Assembly (NCBI GenBank): GCA_963640685.1
Contig: CAVIAA010000004.1
Span: forward strand, 543-64,542
DNA from: Acutalibacteraceae bacterium
GTDB taxonomy: Bacteria > Bacillota > Clostridia > Christensenellales > CAG-138
DNA length: 64,000 bases
Direction of reading: 5' to 3'
Positions 1-10,160 of this stretch are shown piece by piece. How positions within the stretch are numbered: position 1 is the first letter of the stretch; every line of letters starts with the position of its first letter. A program made the translations under genes and the position numbers. The notes beneath the pieces are model-generated. The model was given only the letters and a program-made list of their open reading frames with translations. It made no database searches and was not told the origin of the DNA.

Positions 1-538
1 CGAGCGGGCGTATGTTGACGGGCTGTTCCTGCTGACATCAAAGCCGGTGATATACGTTGCGAATATTTCGGAGGACGACATAGGAAGCGAGCTTTCGCAG
101 GTAGATGCGCTGTACAGGGCCGCGGCGGAGGAGGGCGCAGGCGCGCTCACCATCTGCGCAAAGGTCGAGGAGGAGATTGCCGAGCTTTCGCCGGAGGAAA
201 AGCAGGACTTCCTGAATGAAATGGGCATTGGCGAGAGCGGGCTGGATAAGCTGGTAAAGGAATGCTACTCGCTGCTCGGGCTGATAAGCTACCTTACGGC
301 GGGGCCAAAGGAGGTCCGCGCATGGACGATAGTCAAGGGAACAAAGGCGCCGCAGGCTGCGGGAAAGATACATACCGACTTTGAAAAGGGCTTTATCCGC
401 GCCGAGGTCGTGAACTTCAACACTCTCGTTGAGCACGGCAGCATGGCGGCCTGCAAGGAAAAGGGACTCATACGCAGCGAGGGCAAGGACTACGTTATGC
501 AGGACGGCGACATAGTCGTTTTCCGCTTTAATGTATAG
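1..538 (+). CDS. ychF: Ribosome-binding/redox-regulated ATPase YchF, C-terminal fragment (5' end outside window)
   Basis: Frame is open from nt 2. Translation LLTSKPVIYVANISEDD...YLTAGPKEVRAWTIVKGTKAPQAAGKIHTDFEKGFIRAEV...DGDIVVFRFNV matches the conserved YchF/OLA1 C-terminus. A hairpin plus T-run follows. Confidence 0.9.
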   Translation, partial: ERAYVDGLFLLTSKPVIYVANISEDDIGSELSQVDALYRAAAEEGAGALTICAKVEEEIAELSPEEKQDFLNEMGIGESGLDKLVKECYSLLGLISYLTAGPKEVRAWTIVKGTKAPQAAGKIHTDFEKGFIRAEVVNFNTLVEHGSMAACKEKGLIRSEGKDYVMQDGDIVVFRFNV

Positions 539-576
539 TATTTGGTACAGTGTTTCGCATAAAGCTTCAAAAACAG

Positions 577-606
577 AGGCGCCCCGGCTTTCGGAGCGCC
601 TTTTTG
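577..606. terminator. Bidirectional rho-independent terminator between convergent ychF and SDR genes
   Basis: AGGCGCCCCGgctttCGGAGCGCCT stem-loop with an A-run upstream and TTTTT downstream. Confidence 0.6.
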
Positions 607-619
607 CTTGGCATTATGT

Positions 620-1420
620 TTACGGGCGCAGACCCATGCCGCCCTCCAGCGTCAGCGTTTCGCCGGACATATACTTGAAATCCGGCGAGGCAAGCTGAAC
701 GCACACCCGGCCTATCTCGGTCTCAACGTTGCCGTAGTGACCCATCGGCGGCATCCTTACGTTTGCCTTGAAAGCATCCGGATACTGCGCCTGAAACTGT
801 TCCAGCTTCGCCGTCCAGGCGAGCGGGCATATCACGTTTACGTTTATGCCGTCCTGGCCCCATTCCGTGGCCGCAACCCGGCTCAGTCCCCGTATGCCCT
901 CCTTTGCGGCGGCGTAGGCGCACTGGCCAAAGTTTCCGAAGAGCCCCGCGCCGGAGGCAAAGTTGATTACGCTGCCCTTTGACGCGGCGAGGTACGGGTA
1001 GCAGGTCTTCATGTAATAAAACGCGGCGTAAAGGCCGGAATACAGCGCAAGGTCGAACTGCTCCGTCGTGTGCTCCGCAAGGGGAACGCCGGAGGCGGAG
1101 GCCTGCGCGTTGTTTATGAGCACCTGTATGCCGCCAAACTCCTCAACGGCCTTTTCAACGACGTTCCTTACCGTTGCCTCGTTGTCGCCTCCTGCGAAAA
1201 CGTCCGCCTGAACCGCAAGCACCCTTATGCCGTATCTCTCCTCAAGCTCCTGCCTTGCCGCCTCGAGCTTTTTAAGGTTGCGCCCGGTTATAACGAGGTT
1301 CGCGCCCTCCTTTGCATACGCGGTGGCAATGCCGTAGCCTATCGATCCGCAGCTTCCGTCGCTCAAAGTTGCACGGCCTGCGCCTGTTATTATCGCCGTC
1401 TTTCCCTGTAAGAATCCCAT
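620..1420 (-). CDS. SDR-family NAD(P)-dependent oxidoreductase
   Basis: MGFLQGKTAIITGAG glycine-rich dinucleotide loop, NNAQ, and YxxxK catalytic motif (CAYAAAKEG). ATG at 1420 is preceded by GAAGGGAGAG. The longer ORF start at 1441 is less likely. Confidence 0.85.
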   Translation of the reverse strand: MGFLQGKTAIITGAGRATLSDGSCGSIGYGIATAYAKEGANLVITGRNLKKLEAARQELEERYGIRVLAVQADVFAGGDNEATVRNVVEKAVEEFGGIQVLINNAQASASGVPLAEHTTEQFDLALYSGLYAAFYYMKTCYPYLAASKGSVINFASGAGLFGNFGQCAYAAAKEGIRGLSRVAATEWGQDGINVNVICPLAWTAKLEQFQAQYPDAFKANVRMPPMGHYGNVETEIGRVCVQLASPDFKYMSGETLTLEGGMGLRP

Positions 1421-1726
1421 TGTAAAGCTCTCCCTTCGCAAGATGTGATTTTATAGCGTCGCCTTTTGTTAAAAGTATTTTAGCATAATATCCCGATATT
1501 TCAAGCCTTTTTTTGTTAGACAATATTACAGCTTTGCACAACGAAAAGGTGTTAATTTAATAACGTTTTCACCGTGTGCCGGGTCGATGCCGCTCCCGCG
1601 CCCGCCGCGGTGCGCCAATGCTGCGCACGCCGGTTTTGCATTTTTTGTAGCATAATTATTCATTCGTGGTGTAAAAAAAGGCCGCTGCCCCGTTGCCGGA
1701 GCTGCGGCCCTTGCTATGCTTATTTC

Positions 1727-3208
1727 TTATTTGTGATACAGCTTCTTGGTCTGGTACCTTGGCTCGCAGGTAAGGTTCATGCCGAGCTTGCGGAAGGTGC
1801 TGGCATCTACGCCGGAGAGTATCACGGAGGAATGTGCCTCGCAGCCCTTGAGCTTGTCAAGCTGCCGCATTGCGGCCTCCGCCGTCGGGTTGGTCGCGGC
1901 GGATATCGAGAGTGCGATGAGCACCTCGTCCATGTGCAGCCTCGGGTTGTGGTTGCCGAGGTGGTTCACCTTGAGGTCCTGTATAGGCTCTATGACTATC
2001 GGGGAAATAAGGTGCATGTCCTTGTTTATCCCGCCGAGCTTCTTGAGGGCGTTTAGCAGAACGGCCGAGGACGCGCCGAGCAGCTTTGTCGTTTTGCCGG
2101 TAACGATGCTGCCGTCCGGAAGCTGTATCGCCGCCGCAGGCTCTCCGGTTTCCTCCGCCCGCTTTAAGGCCGCGCCGACCACCGGCCTGTCCTTTACCGT
2201 CAGGCCGAGCTGGTTTATGAGCAGCTTTATCTTTTCCGCCGGCCTGCTGTCGCTCATGCCCTGCCGCGCCGTGCAGAGCGCGGCGTAGTAGCGGCGTATT
2301 ATTTCCTGCCTTGAGGCCTCGCAGCAGGCCTCGTCATCGATTATGCAGTTGCCCGCCATGTTCACCCCCATGTCGGTCGGGGATTTATACGGCGATTCGC
2401 CGTATATCTGGCGGAACATCGCGTTGAGCACCGGGAATATCTCGACGTCGCGGTTGTAGTTTACGGTGGTCACGCCGTAGCTTTCAAGGTGAAAGGGGTC
2501 TATCATGTTCACATCGTTGAGGTCCGCCGTCGCGGCCTCGTATGCAACGTTTACCGGGTGCTTTAGCGGCAGGTTCCATATCGGGAAGGTCTCAAACTTG
2601 GCGTAGCCTGCGCGTATGCCCCGCTTGTTCTCGTGGTAAAGCTGGGAAAGGCAGGTCGCCATCTTTCCGCTGCCGGGGCCCGGCGCTGTCACGACGACTA
2701 TGGAGCGGGTGGTCTCGATGTACTCGTTGCGGCCGTAGCCCTCGTCGCTAACTATTGTGTCTATGTCGTTCGGGTAGTCGGGTATCGGGTAATGGCGGTA
2801 TACCTTTATATCCAGCTGCTCAAGCCGCCGCTGAAAGGCGTCCGCCGCGCTCTGCCCGCGGTACTGTGTGAGCACTACGCTGCCGACGTACAGCCCGATG
2901 CCGCGGAACGCATCGATGAGCCGCAGCACGTCCAGATCGTAGGTTATGCCAAGGTCGCCCCTGACCTTGTTTTTTTCAATGTCCGCCGCGTTTATCGCTA
3001 TTACTATCTCAGCCTTGTCCTTTAGCTGAAGCAGCATGCGCACCTTGCTGTCCGGCGCAAAGCCGGGCAAAACGCGGGATGCGTGGTAGTCGTCAAACAG
3101 CTTTCCGCCAAACTCCAGATACAGCTTACCGCCAAAGCGGGCGAGCCGCTCCATTATATGCTCGGACTGCATGGACAGATATTTCTGGTTGTCAAAGCCT
3201 ATCCTCAT
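1727..3208 (-). CDS. DUF1846 (UPF0371) family protein
   Basis: 493-aa ORF. The N-terminus MRIGFDNQKYLSMQSEHIMERL..GGKLYLEFGGKLFDDYHASRVLPGF is characteristic of the UPF0371/DUF1846 family. Confidence 0.85.
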   Translation of the reverse strand: MRIGFDNQKYLSMQSEHIMERLARFGGKLYLEFGGKLFDDYHASRVLPGFAPDSKVRMLLQLKDKAEIVIAINAADIEKNKVRGDLGITYDLDVLRLIDAFRGIGLYVGSVVLTQYRGQSAADAFQRRLEQLDIKVYRHYPIPDYPNDIDTIVSDEGYGRNEYIETTRSIVVVTAPGPGSGKMATCLSQLYHENKRGIRAGYAKFETFPIWNLPLKHPVNVAYEAATADLNDVNMIDPFHLESYGVTTVNYNRDVEIFPVLNAMFRQIYGESPYKSPTDMGVNMAGNCIIDDEACCEASRQEIIRRYYAALCTARQGMSDSRPAEKIKLLINQLGLTVKDRPVVGAALKRAEETGEPAAAIQLPDGSIVTGKTTKLLGASSAVLLNALKKLGGINKDMHLISPIVIEPIQDLKVNHLGNHNPRLHMDEVLIALSISAATNPTAEAAMRQLDKLKGCEAHSSVILSGVDASTFRKLGMNLTCEPRYQTKKLYHK

Positions 3209-3306
3209 TCCTTTTCCCCCTGATGCTCAAAAAAATTCACAACCCGCTTATTTTACCACAAAAAACGCGGAAGGGCTATGCGCTCTTTCGCGTTTGTTTT
3301 TTACCG

Positions 3307-3882
3307 TTATACCGTTCTCGCGTGTGAAAACGGGGTCATTACCCCGCGAACCCTGCCCTTTACCTGCCAGTAGGGTATGAAGCCGACGTGGCGGCTGTCC
3401 CCGCTGTGGTTCCTGTTGTCGCCCATTACGAAGAGGCACCTATCCGGAACCGTCACCTCCGGCATGTCCCCCTCGATGTAGTCGTTCCAGTATTCGCTCT
3501 CGTCCAGCTCCTCGCCGTTCAGGTATACCCTGCCGCCCTGTATGCTTATGGTGTCCCCCGGGGTGGCAATGACCCGCTTGACGCACTTTTCGGTGTGCCC
3601 CGGGTAGCGGCATATGAGTATATCTCCCTTTTCAGGGACGGAAAAGGTGTAGCTCAGCTTTTCGGTAAACATCCCCTCGCCGTCTGTGAGCGTCGGGTAC
3701 ATCGATGAGCCTATGCACTGCACCGGCTCGAATATAAACGTCCGTATGCACAGCGCAAGCGCCATGAGCGTCAGCAGGTATATTATAAAGTCGCCGTTGG
3801 AGGCCTTTTTGTACGGTGCGTCGTTTTTATGCAGCTCCTCCCGCGCCTCCCTGAATTTTTCAAGCTCTTTCTTTTTCAGCAT
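3307..3882 (-). CDS. lepB: Signal peptidase I
   Basis: Catalytic Ser box GSSMYPTL, Lys box VKRVIATPGD, and box E FVMGDNRNHSGDSR. ATG 3882 has a GAGGGA RBS 6 nt upstream. An in-frame ATG at 3978 is an alternative start. Confidence 0.85.
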   Translation of the reverse strand: MLKKKELEKFREAREELHKNDAPYKKASNGDFIIYLLTLMALALCIRTFIFEPVQCIGSSMYPTLTDGEGMFTEKLSYTFSVPEKGDILICRYPGHTEKCVKRVIATPGDTISIQGGRVYLNGEELDESEYWNDYIEGDMPEVTVPDRCLFVMGDNRNHSGDSRHVGFIPYWQVKGRVRGVMTPFSHARTV

Positions 3883-4026
3883 ATCGTATCCCTCGTTTTT
3901 TTCTTTGCCTATTTGTTCATGGTAGCACTCAAGCACGGCGTTGTCAAACCGCGCTCGACGCTTTATCCCATAATTCATCAATATTTCACCGTTGCGGAGG
4001 CGCCGGTTTGTGTTACAATCAAGGCT

Positions 4027-5049
4027 ATGAGAAGAACTGCTTTATTTACCGTAATAATCATAATAATAACGGCTGCGCTGCTGCCGTCGGGCTGCGCCCG
4101 GTCCGCGTCTACCGTTACCCTGACCGCAAAAACGCCGGAGCCTGCCCCGGAGCCGACAGCCGAGCCCGCCGAGGCGCCGCGCTATACCATAGCCTGGATA
4201 AGCGACACGCAGCACTACTCCAACCGCTTTCCGGACACCTTTTACGCCATGACGGAATACCTTCGGGATAATGCCGATTCGCTCGACCTCAGGTATATCG
4301 CACACACCGGCGACCTCGTACACAGAGCCGGCAGCGAGCGGCAGTGGGAGGTCGCTCAAAGGGCGATGGCAGCCATTGCGGACATACCCGCAGGGGTATG
4401 CGCCGGCAACCACGACGTCGGCACCGATGACGCGGACTACTCCGCCTTTTCTCGGTATTTCGGCGAGGCGGAGGCGAGCCTGCGCGAGTGCTATGCCGAC
4501 AGCTTTGAGGATAACCGCGGGCACTGCGACCTTATCGACGCGGGCGAAACAAGGTTTGTGTTTATCTACATCGGCTACCAGATAGAGCAGAGCGGCATCG
4601 AGTGGGTAAAGCAGATGCTGGAAAAATACTCCGACAGGGTAGCCGTAATATGCACCCACGCCTACTTTGACACCGACCTTTCGCTGCTTGAGGACGGGGA
4701 GCTGCTAAAGCGCGAGGTGGTTTCGCAGTATCCGAACGTATACATGGTACTCTCCGGCCACCGCTACAACATCGCCTGCGTTGAGGATAGCTTTGACGAC
4801 GACGGGGACGGCGAGGACGACAGAACTGTATACCAGATGATATGCAACTATCAGGCGGCGGACAGCGAGGGCGGCAGCGGCTACATGATGCTGTTCGGCA
4901 TAGACGAGGCGGCAGGGCTGATCCACTGCAAAACCTATTCGCCGCTGCTCGACGACTACGTTCTCTTTGACGACATTCCAAAAGAAAAAGGGCGCTACGG
5001 CGGCGCCCCGGAATACGAGGATATAACCCTTAAAATACCCTGGCGCTAA
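4027..5049 (+). CDS. Metallophosphoesterase lipoprotein
   Basis: Signal peptide with lipobox (MRRTALFTVIIIIITAALLPSGC). Calcineurin-like phosphoesterase motifs ISDTQH, HTGDLVH, GNHD, SGHRY. The tracked ORF start at 3829 is upstream of the real ATG at 4027. Confidence 0.85.
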   Translation: MRRTALFTVIIIIITAALLPSGCARSASTVTLTAKTPEPAPEPTAEPAEAPRYTIAWISDTQHYSNRFPDTFYAMTEYLRDNADSLDLRYIAHTGDLVHRAGSERQWEVAQRAMAAIADIPAGVCAGNHDVGTDDADYSAFSRYFGEAEASLRECYADSFEDNRGHCDLIDAGETRFVFIYIGYQIEQSGIEWVKQMLEKYSDRVAVICTHAYFDTDLSLLEDGELLKREVVSQYPNVYMVLSGHRYNIACVEDSFDDDGDGEDDRTVYQMICNYQAADSEGGSGYMMLFGIDEAAGLIHCKTYSPLLDDYVLFDDIPKEKGRYGGAPEYEDITLKIPWR

Positions 5050-5981
5050 AGCAGCGCCATGAGTATGGGTATTACTGCAAAGCTGCACAGCAGCGACAGC
5101 GCAGCCCCCTTTGCTGCGTAGCCGTCGTCCGCGCCGTATGCGCCGGAGAGCACAACGACCTGCGTCATGGTCGGCATAGCGGTCTCCGCCGCGAGCACGC
5201 TGCGCCCCAGCCCCTCAATTCCAAAAAGCGCGCATAGCAGCAGGCAGAGCAGTGGGGAGGCCACAAACCGCATCAGCAGCATTGAGGGTATCCCCTTTTC
5301 CGGGCGCAGCGCCCCCCAGCCCAGCTCGTATATGACATAGCCGGAGTATATCAGCCCCATTGCGGAAACTGCGTTTGACATATACCGCGTAAAGCTGAGC
5401 AGCACCTCCGGCAGCCTTATGTTCAGCAGCAGCATTATAAAGCCTGCGATTATCGCTATGACCGGCGGCCTTTTGAGCGTATCCAGCAGCCCCCTTGCGG
5501 GCGAAAAGCTGCCGCTGCCGCCGGAGTACTCGATAAGGCCGCTGACCACGACATACAAGAACGTCGTGTTGCAGAGGTAATACAGCATTATGTAGCTGTT
5601 TGCCGCCTCGCCGAATAGCTCCATGCACATCGGATATCCTATGAAAATCGAATTGGAAAGGCTGCACATTGCGACATACACGCCCAGCCTGCGCCGCGGT
5701 ATGCCTATTATGCGCGCTATGGCGAGCGAAAGCAGCAGCATTGCCGCCATGCAGGCGGCAGGTATCGCCATATAGCTGCCGGAGCCGGAAAGCAGCTCCC
5801 GGGTAAAGCTGGTCTGAAAGTTGTAAACGCACATCATGGGTATCGCAATGCAGGTCATGAAGCGGCCGATAAACAGCTTGACCTCCGGCCCCATCCAGCC
5901 CAGCCTGCCCATAAGCACGCCTGTTCCCGTCAGCAGCATCACCACCAGCACGGCGGATACAGAATCTATAAAGCCCCCCAT
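5046..5981 (-). CDS. AEC (auxin efflux carrier) family permease
   Basis: Polytopic membrane protein of about 10 TM with AEC-like organisation. ATG 5981 is preceded by AAAGGGGA. Confidence 0.75.
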   Translation of the reverse strand: MGGFIDSVSAVLVVMLLTGTGVLMGRLGWMGPEVKLFIGRFMTCIAIPMMCVYNFQTSFTRELLSGSGSYMAIPAACMAAMLLLSLAIARIIGIPRRRLGVYVAMCSLSNSIFIGYPMCMELFGEAANSYIMLYYLCNTTFLYVVVSGLIEYSGGSGSFSPARGLLDTLKRPPVIAIIAGFIMLLLNIRLPEVLLSFTRYMSNAVSAMGLIYSGYVIYELGWGALRPEKGIPSMLLMRFVASPLLCLLLCALFGIEGLGRSVLAAETAMPTMTQVVVLSGAYGADDGYAAKGAALSLLCSFAVIPILMALL

Positions 5982-6071
5982 AATATCCCCTTTGGAAAAT
6001 AAAAAATCGGGGAGCGGAGTCAGCTCCGCCCCCACTTATACGCTCAATTGACCCGCGCGCGGCAGGCCGTT

Positions 6072-7406
6072 TTAGTCGGTTATGCTCCTGCACTCGAGGT
6101 AGTAGCGCTTCTCGTTCGCCTCGCCCATCGAGAAGGTCTTGCGGGGCAGCGCGCCGTCGAATATAACGGTGCGGAAGAACGCGCTCTTGTCCATCGGCGG
6201 CAGCAGGAAGCCCATGTTGCCGGGCTTTGTGCCGAGCTCCATAACGACGTCTGCGCCGTGAATGTAGTCTATGGTCGCGCCCTCGGTCTCCTTGATGAGT
6301 ATATCAAGGGCGTTCTGAAGCGTGCCTACCTCGAGCTGCGCGGCGGGGTGCTCAACGTAGAAGCAGCCGACGCCCTTTTCGCTAACGAAGGGTATGACGT
6401 GGCCGGCCTTGCCGTCCATCTCCTTATGCAGCTCGTCCATGCCGGCAAAGTGCTTTACCTCGCAGCCGCCGTTCTGCTCTGCGAGCTTGCTCTCTATCCA
6501 TTTTTCCGCCTTGTCGCCGACGTTGAATATCACCCTGTGTATGGGCTCGAACACTATGCCGCTGTCGTGAACGTTTTCCAGCTCAACGAGGCAGTACCTT
6601 GCGGGGTGCTCGTCCTTTGCGGTCAGGTTCTGCTCCTTCTTTACCCGCTCCCAGTTTGCCTTTGCAGTCGCAAAGGAATGGTTGCCGTCGCCCATTGCAA
6701 AGAGCAGCGGCGCCTGGTCGGTGTTGTACTTCTTTGCGTATGCGTCCCTGTCGATTAGGGCGGTCAGCGCGGCGATAGCACCCTTTATCTGCCCCTCGTC
6801 CTTAACAAGGTAGCCCTCGATGTGGCCGCCGTTCTGCATCAGCTCAAAGTCGTAGAGCTTCTCGGTCTTGTCCAGCGCCTTGCCGATGGGCTCAATTACC
6901 GTCGCCTCGGGGTCGTCGATGAGCACCAGTATGTGGGGCATCTCCAGCGGCGCGTCCTTCCTTATGCGAAGGCGGGGGGGTATGCGCTCAACTATTGTGC
7001 CCTCGGTAGCGCGTATGAGGGTGGTAGAGCCCTTGGTGTAGTCGTAGTTTTCAAGGTCCAGCGCAACGATGAGCCCCTTGCGGGTCTTGCCGCCAACGGT
7101 GCGCAGGACGTATGCAAAGCCCTCGCCCCTGTTTTCCAGTATGCCCTTTTCAACGTATTCCTTCATGTGGGCGTTAATGGCGGCGATGCGCTCCGCCTCG
7201 TCCGGCTTGTCGAGGTACAGCTCGGGCAGCATTATGCGAAGGGTAGAGGGGGCGCTGCCGACTATGCGCTCGGTCTCGTTCCAGTAATCCGGCTGAGAGG
7301 TAAACTGGTCGCAGGCGACGACCGCCCACTTGGTCATGTCAACGTCCTTGTTCGGGAGCAGCAGCTCCGGCACCTTAACGCCTATGTCGTTTGCATACTT
7401 AGTCAT
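6072..7406 (-). CDS. DUF1015 domain-containing protein
   Basis: 444-aa ORF. VPELLLPNKDVDMTKWAVVACDQFTSQPDYW...MLPELYL is the typical DUF1015 N-terminus. Confidence 0.85.
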   Translation of the reverse strand: MTKYANDIGVKVPELLLPNKDVDMTKWAVVACDQFTSQPDYWNETERIVGSAPSTLRIMLPELYLDKPDEAERIAAINAHMKEYVEKGILENRGEGFAYVLRTVGGKTRKGLIVALDLENYDYTKGSTTLIRATEGTIVERIPPRLRIRKDAPLEMPHILVLIDDPEATVIEPIGKALDKTEKLYDFELMQNGGHIEGYLVKDEGQIKGAIAALTALIDRDAYAKKYNTDQAPLLFAMGDGNHSFATAKANWERVKKEQNLTAKDEHPARYCLVELENVHDSGIVFEPIHRVIFNVGDKAEKWIESKLAEQNGGCEVKHFAGMDELHKEMDGKAGHVIPFVSEKGVGCFYVEHPAAQLEVGTLQNALDILIKETEGATIDYIHGADVVMELGTKPGNMGFLLPPMDKSAFFRTVIFDGALPRKTFSMGEANEKRYYLECRSITD

Positions 7407-7611
7407 GAAAAGCCTCCGTAAATGATTTTGTTTGGGTAAAGCTCATGGGTAAAGCTCAAATGAATTTTCTGATGCCATAACTTTCTTTTTATATCATACA
7501 TCACCGCCGCCCGTCAGGTCAATGCAAAAAGGCTTATATTGTTTGGGCTTTTCCCCCGCAGGCTGAATCTTTTAACCCTGCGTTTTATTGCTTTAAATTG
7601 CTAAAGCGGCG

Positions 7612-7620
7612 TGGTATAAT
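7612..7620 (+). promoter_or_regulatory. Extended -10 promoter element (TGgTATAAT) for the yerC-like gene
   Basis: TGGTATAAT lies 33 nt upstream of ATG 7653. RBS GAGGGAGGAA follows. Confidence 0.45.
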
Positions 7621-7652
7621 ATTTACCGATAAGCAGAGAGGGAGGAATACAC

Positions 7653-7943
7653 ATGTACCGCAGCAAGCTCACTACACCGGAGACGGAGGAGTTCTTCAAG
7701 GCACTGCTGACGCTCAGGACCGAGGAGGACTGCGCCCGCTTTTTTGAGGACGTCGCCACGATAGGCGAGGTACAGGCTATGGCACAGCGGCTGCAGGTTG
7801 CAAAGCTGCTCAACGACGGCCGCAAGTACGCCGAGGTCGCGGAGCAGACCGGCGCATCGACCGCCACCATATCGAGGGTGAGCCGCTGCCTTTCCTACGG
7901 TGCGGACGGCTACCGTCTGGTGCTGGAGCGGCTGGGCGAATAG
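7653..7943 (+). CDS. YerC/YecD-family TrpR-like DNA-binding protein
   Basis: 96 aa. FFKALLTLRTEEDCARFFEDVATIGEVQAMAQRLQVAKLL..G..Y.EVAEQTGASTATISRV is the YerC/YecD signature. Confidence 0.9.
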   Translation: MYRSKLTTPETEEFFKALLTLRTEEDCARFFEDVATIGEVQAMAQRLQVAKLLNDGRKYAEVAEQTGASTATISRVSRCLSYGADGYRLVLERLGE

Positions 7944-7982
7944 CAGGATTTACGCAGGCGTATAATTTTTTGCAAAAAACAC

Positions 7983-8011
7983 TTGCATTATGCGGAGGGA
8001 TTGGTTATAAT
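7983..8011 (+). promoter_or_regulatory. Sigma-A type promoter for tRNA-Thr
   Basis: TTGCAT (7983-7988), 17-nt spacer, TATAAT (8006-8011), about 25 nt upstream of the tRNA. Confidence 0.55.
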
Positions 8012-8036
8012 ACTTATCGTTCGCGAGTGAGTTTGC

Positions 8037-8112
8037 GCTGATATAGCTCAGCTGGTAGAGCGCGTCATTGGTAATGACGAGGTCCCCGGTCCGAATCCGG
8101 GTATCAGCTCCA
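8037..8112 (+). tRNA. tRNA-Thr (anticodon GGU), CCA encoded
   Basis: Cloverleaf read by hand. Acceptor GCTGATA/TATCAGC, anticodon stem CGTCA/TGACG with loop TTGGTAA, T-arm CCCGG-TCCGAAT-CCGGG, 3' TCCA. Confidence 0.9.
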
Positions 8113-8114
8113 CG

Positions 8115-8149
8115 TCCGCCCGATCCTGTCGGATCCGGGCGGATTTTTT
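8115..8149 (+). terminator. Rho-independent terminator after tRNA-Thr
   Basis: TCCGCCCGATCC-tgtc-GGATCCGGGCGGA hairpin followed by TTTTTT. Confidence 0.75.
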
Positions 8150-8197
8150 GCGTATAAAAGCAAAGCACGGGCGCCGTGTTCAGCGCCCGATGCGGCT

Positions 8198-9328
8198 TTA
8201 CATTTCCCTCTCCTCGGCGGAGCGCTTTTCCTCAAGGCGGCGGTTCACCCATTCGCCGGTCAGGGTATACAGCACCGCCATTATCGGCACGCAGAGTATC
8301 GCGCCGACGAGGCCGAACAGCCGCGCGCCCAGCAGCACCGCTATCATCACCCAAAGGCCGGATATGCCGACAGCATCGCCGACCACCTTCGGGTATATCA
8401 AATTGCCCTCTATCTGCTGTATTGCAAGCACAAACACCGCGAACCACAGCGCGCTCGGCGGGTCAACGACAAATATTATCGCAAGCCCTATCGCGCCGGA
8501 TACCCAGGGGCCGACTATCGGCACCATTTGGGATACGCCGATTATCACACTTATGAGCACCGGGAACGGGAAGCCGAATATCTGCATGCCTATAAAGCAG
8601 AGCGTTCCCAAAATAAAGCACTCTATCAGCATACCGTAAACGTAGCTGTGCAGCGACTCATTTGTTCGCGCACAAATATAGAGTATCCGCTCCGCGTGCC
8701 TTTCGCTGAACACGGCGCGGATGAGCTTTCTGCACTGGCAGAGCAGCTTTTCCTTGTTGGCAAGGGCGTATATCGCTATTATCAGCGCAAAGAGCAGGTC
8801 AACGACTATGCTGACGGTGCTTACGGTAAAGCGCAGCAGCTTTGAGGCCAGCCTGCTTACAAAGCCGTCAAGGAGCTCCAGCGTGTCCTCCGCGACTTCC
8901 TTTACCTTCAGTGCGATATCCTCGTTCAGGTTGAGCCGCTCCCAGGTCTCGGTTCCCCAGCGAATGAGGCTCTTTGAGTAGCTGTCGTAGTTTTCCGCAA
9001 ACGTGCGAACGCTCTCGACCAGCTTCGGGCCGACTATGACGACCAGCGCCGTCACGACAGCTAACACCAGCAGCAGCGAAAGCACGGCGCAGGCGACCCG
9101 CTTGAGCTTGCAGGGGCGCAGCCGGGCAAACACCTTTCGCTCCAGAAAGCCCATCGGCATATTCGCGATAAAGGCTATCACCGCCGCAATGAATATCGGG
9201 CTTATCTCGCCGAAAAAGCCGCTTATCGCGCTGCGCACGGCAGACAGGTTCTCGATGACCTCATAGAGCACGACGCCAAAGGCGACGACCAATATATATC
9301 TTCTGGAGGACTTCCAGAGCCCCTCCAT
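8198..9328 (-). CDS. AI-2E family transporter (PerM/UPF0118)
   Basis: Polytopic membrane protein. The C-terminal GISGLWVMIAVLLGARLFGLVGAILCVPIMAVLYT pattern is typical of AI-2E transporters. ATG 9328 is preferred over the TTG at 9376, which would overlap udk. Confidence 0.8.
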   Translation of the reverse strand: MEGLWKSSRRYILVVAFGVVLYEVIENLSAVRSAISGFFGEISPIFIAAVIAFIANMPMGFLERKVFARLRPCKLKRVACAVLSLLLVLAVVTALVVIVGPKLVESVRTFAENYDSYSKSLIRWGTETWERLNLNEDIALKVKEVAEDTLELLDGFVSRLASKLLRFTVSTVSIVVDLLFALIIAIYALANKEKLLCQCRKLIRAVFSERHAERILYICARTNESLHSYVYGMLIECFILGTLCFIGMQIFGFPFPVLISVIIGVSQMVPIVGPWVSGAIGLAIIFVVDPPSALWFAVFVLAIQQIEGNLIYPKVVGDAVGISGLWVMIAVLLGARLFGLVGAILCVPIMAVLYTLTGEWVNRRLEEKRSAEEREM

Positions 9329-9335
9329 ATCCTGC

Positions 9336-9977
9336 CTATCCTTCAAGCCTTGCCTCCCGTTCAAACTTTTCCGCAAGCAGCTTTGCGGATATATACGCGG
9401 ATATCGCGTCTATCGCCATGCGGTTCTTGCCGCCGCGCATAACGGCAAAGTCCGCGTCCTTTATGTATTTGCTTATGTACTCCTCGTACATGGGCTTTAC
9501 CGTTGCCAAATACTGCTCGGATATGTTCTCTATCGAGCGGCCGCGGGCGCGTATGTCGCGCTTTATGCGGCGGAGCAGGCAAACGTCGGTATCGACGTGC
9601 ATATACACCTTCAGGCTCATCAGGTCGCTTATGCGCCTGTCCCGGAACATATGTATCCCTTCCAGTATGAGCACATCCATAGGCTGAATGAGCTCGCTGC
9701 TGTCCGCGCGGCGGTGCTCCGCGTAGTCGTAGCCCTTTTTTGTTATGGGCTTGTTTGCGGAAAGCAGCTTTATATCCTCATACAGCTCGTCAAAGTCGAA
9801 TATATTCGGCTCGTCGTAGTTTATGTGTACCCGCTGCTCAAAGGGCAGGTCGGAATGGTCGCGATAGTAGCAGTCCAGCCCAATTATTGCAGAGGTGCAG
9901 GTGAGCGAATCCTGTATCTCCTTTGCGAGAGTGCTCTTCCCGCTGCCGCTTGCGCCGCATATGCCTACGATTATCAT
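9336..9977 (-). CDS. udk: Uridine kinase
   Basis: P-loop GICGASGSGKST, LILEGIH, RRIKRDIRARGRS. Confidence 0.9.
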   Translation of the reverse strand: MIIVGICGASGSGKSTLAKEIQDSLTCTSAIIGLDCYYRDHSDLPFEQRVHINYDEPNIFDFDELYEDIKLLSANKPITKKGYDYAEHRRADSSELIQPMDVLILEGIHMFRDRRISDLMSLKVYMHVDTDVCLLRRIKRDIRARGRSIENISEQYLATVKPMYEEYISKYIKDADFAVMRGGKNRMAIDAISAYISAKLLAEKFEREARLEG

Positions 9978-10160
9978 GCCGTATCCCCCAATGCCGTACT
10001 TTTTACCATTATAACCCCAAGCGGTGCATTTTAACAGACGGAATATGCCGCATATGGCTTAAATTAGCAGCTTATACGGGTTTACTATTTGTTTGATTTT
10101 GCTTTATAATAACTGTGCTATAATGCTTAGTGAATAAAAACGCACGGAGATACCGATATA

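Noticed and set aside
3829-4026. N-terminal 66 codons of tracked ORF 3829-5049, and similar 5' extensions of tracked ORFs at 1441, 6035, 9376, 19748, 29321, 36885, 38485, 42408, 49879, 55665 and 56859
   Set aside because: The extensions overlap neighbouring genes or promoters and often begin with TTG or GTG. Internal starts follow with proper RBSs and signal-peptide or family-typical N-termini, so I trimmed the coordinates accordingly.
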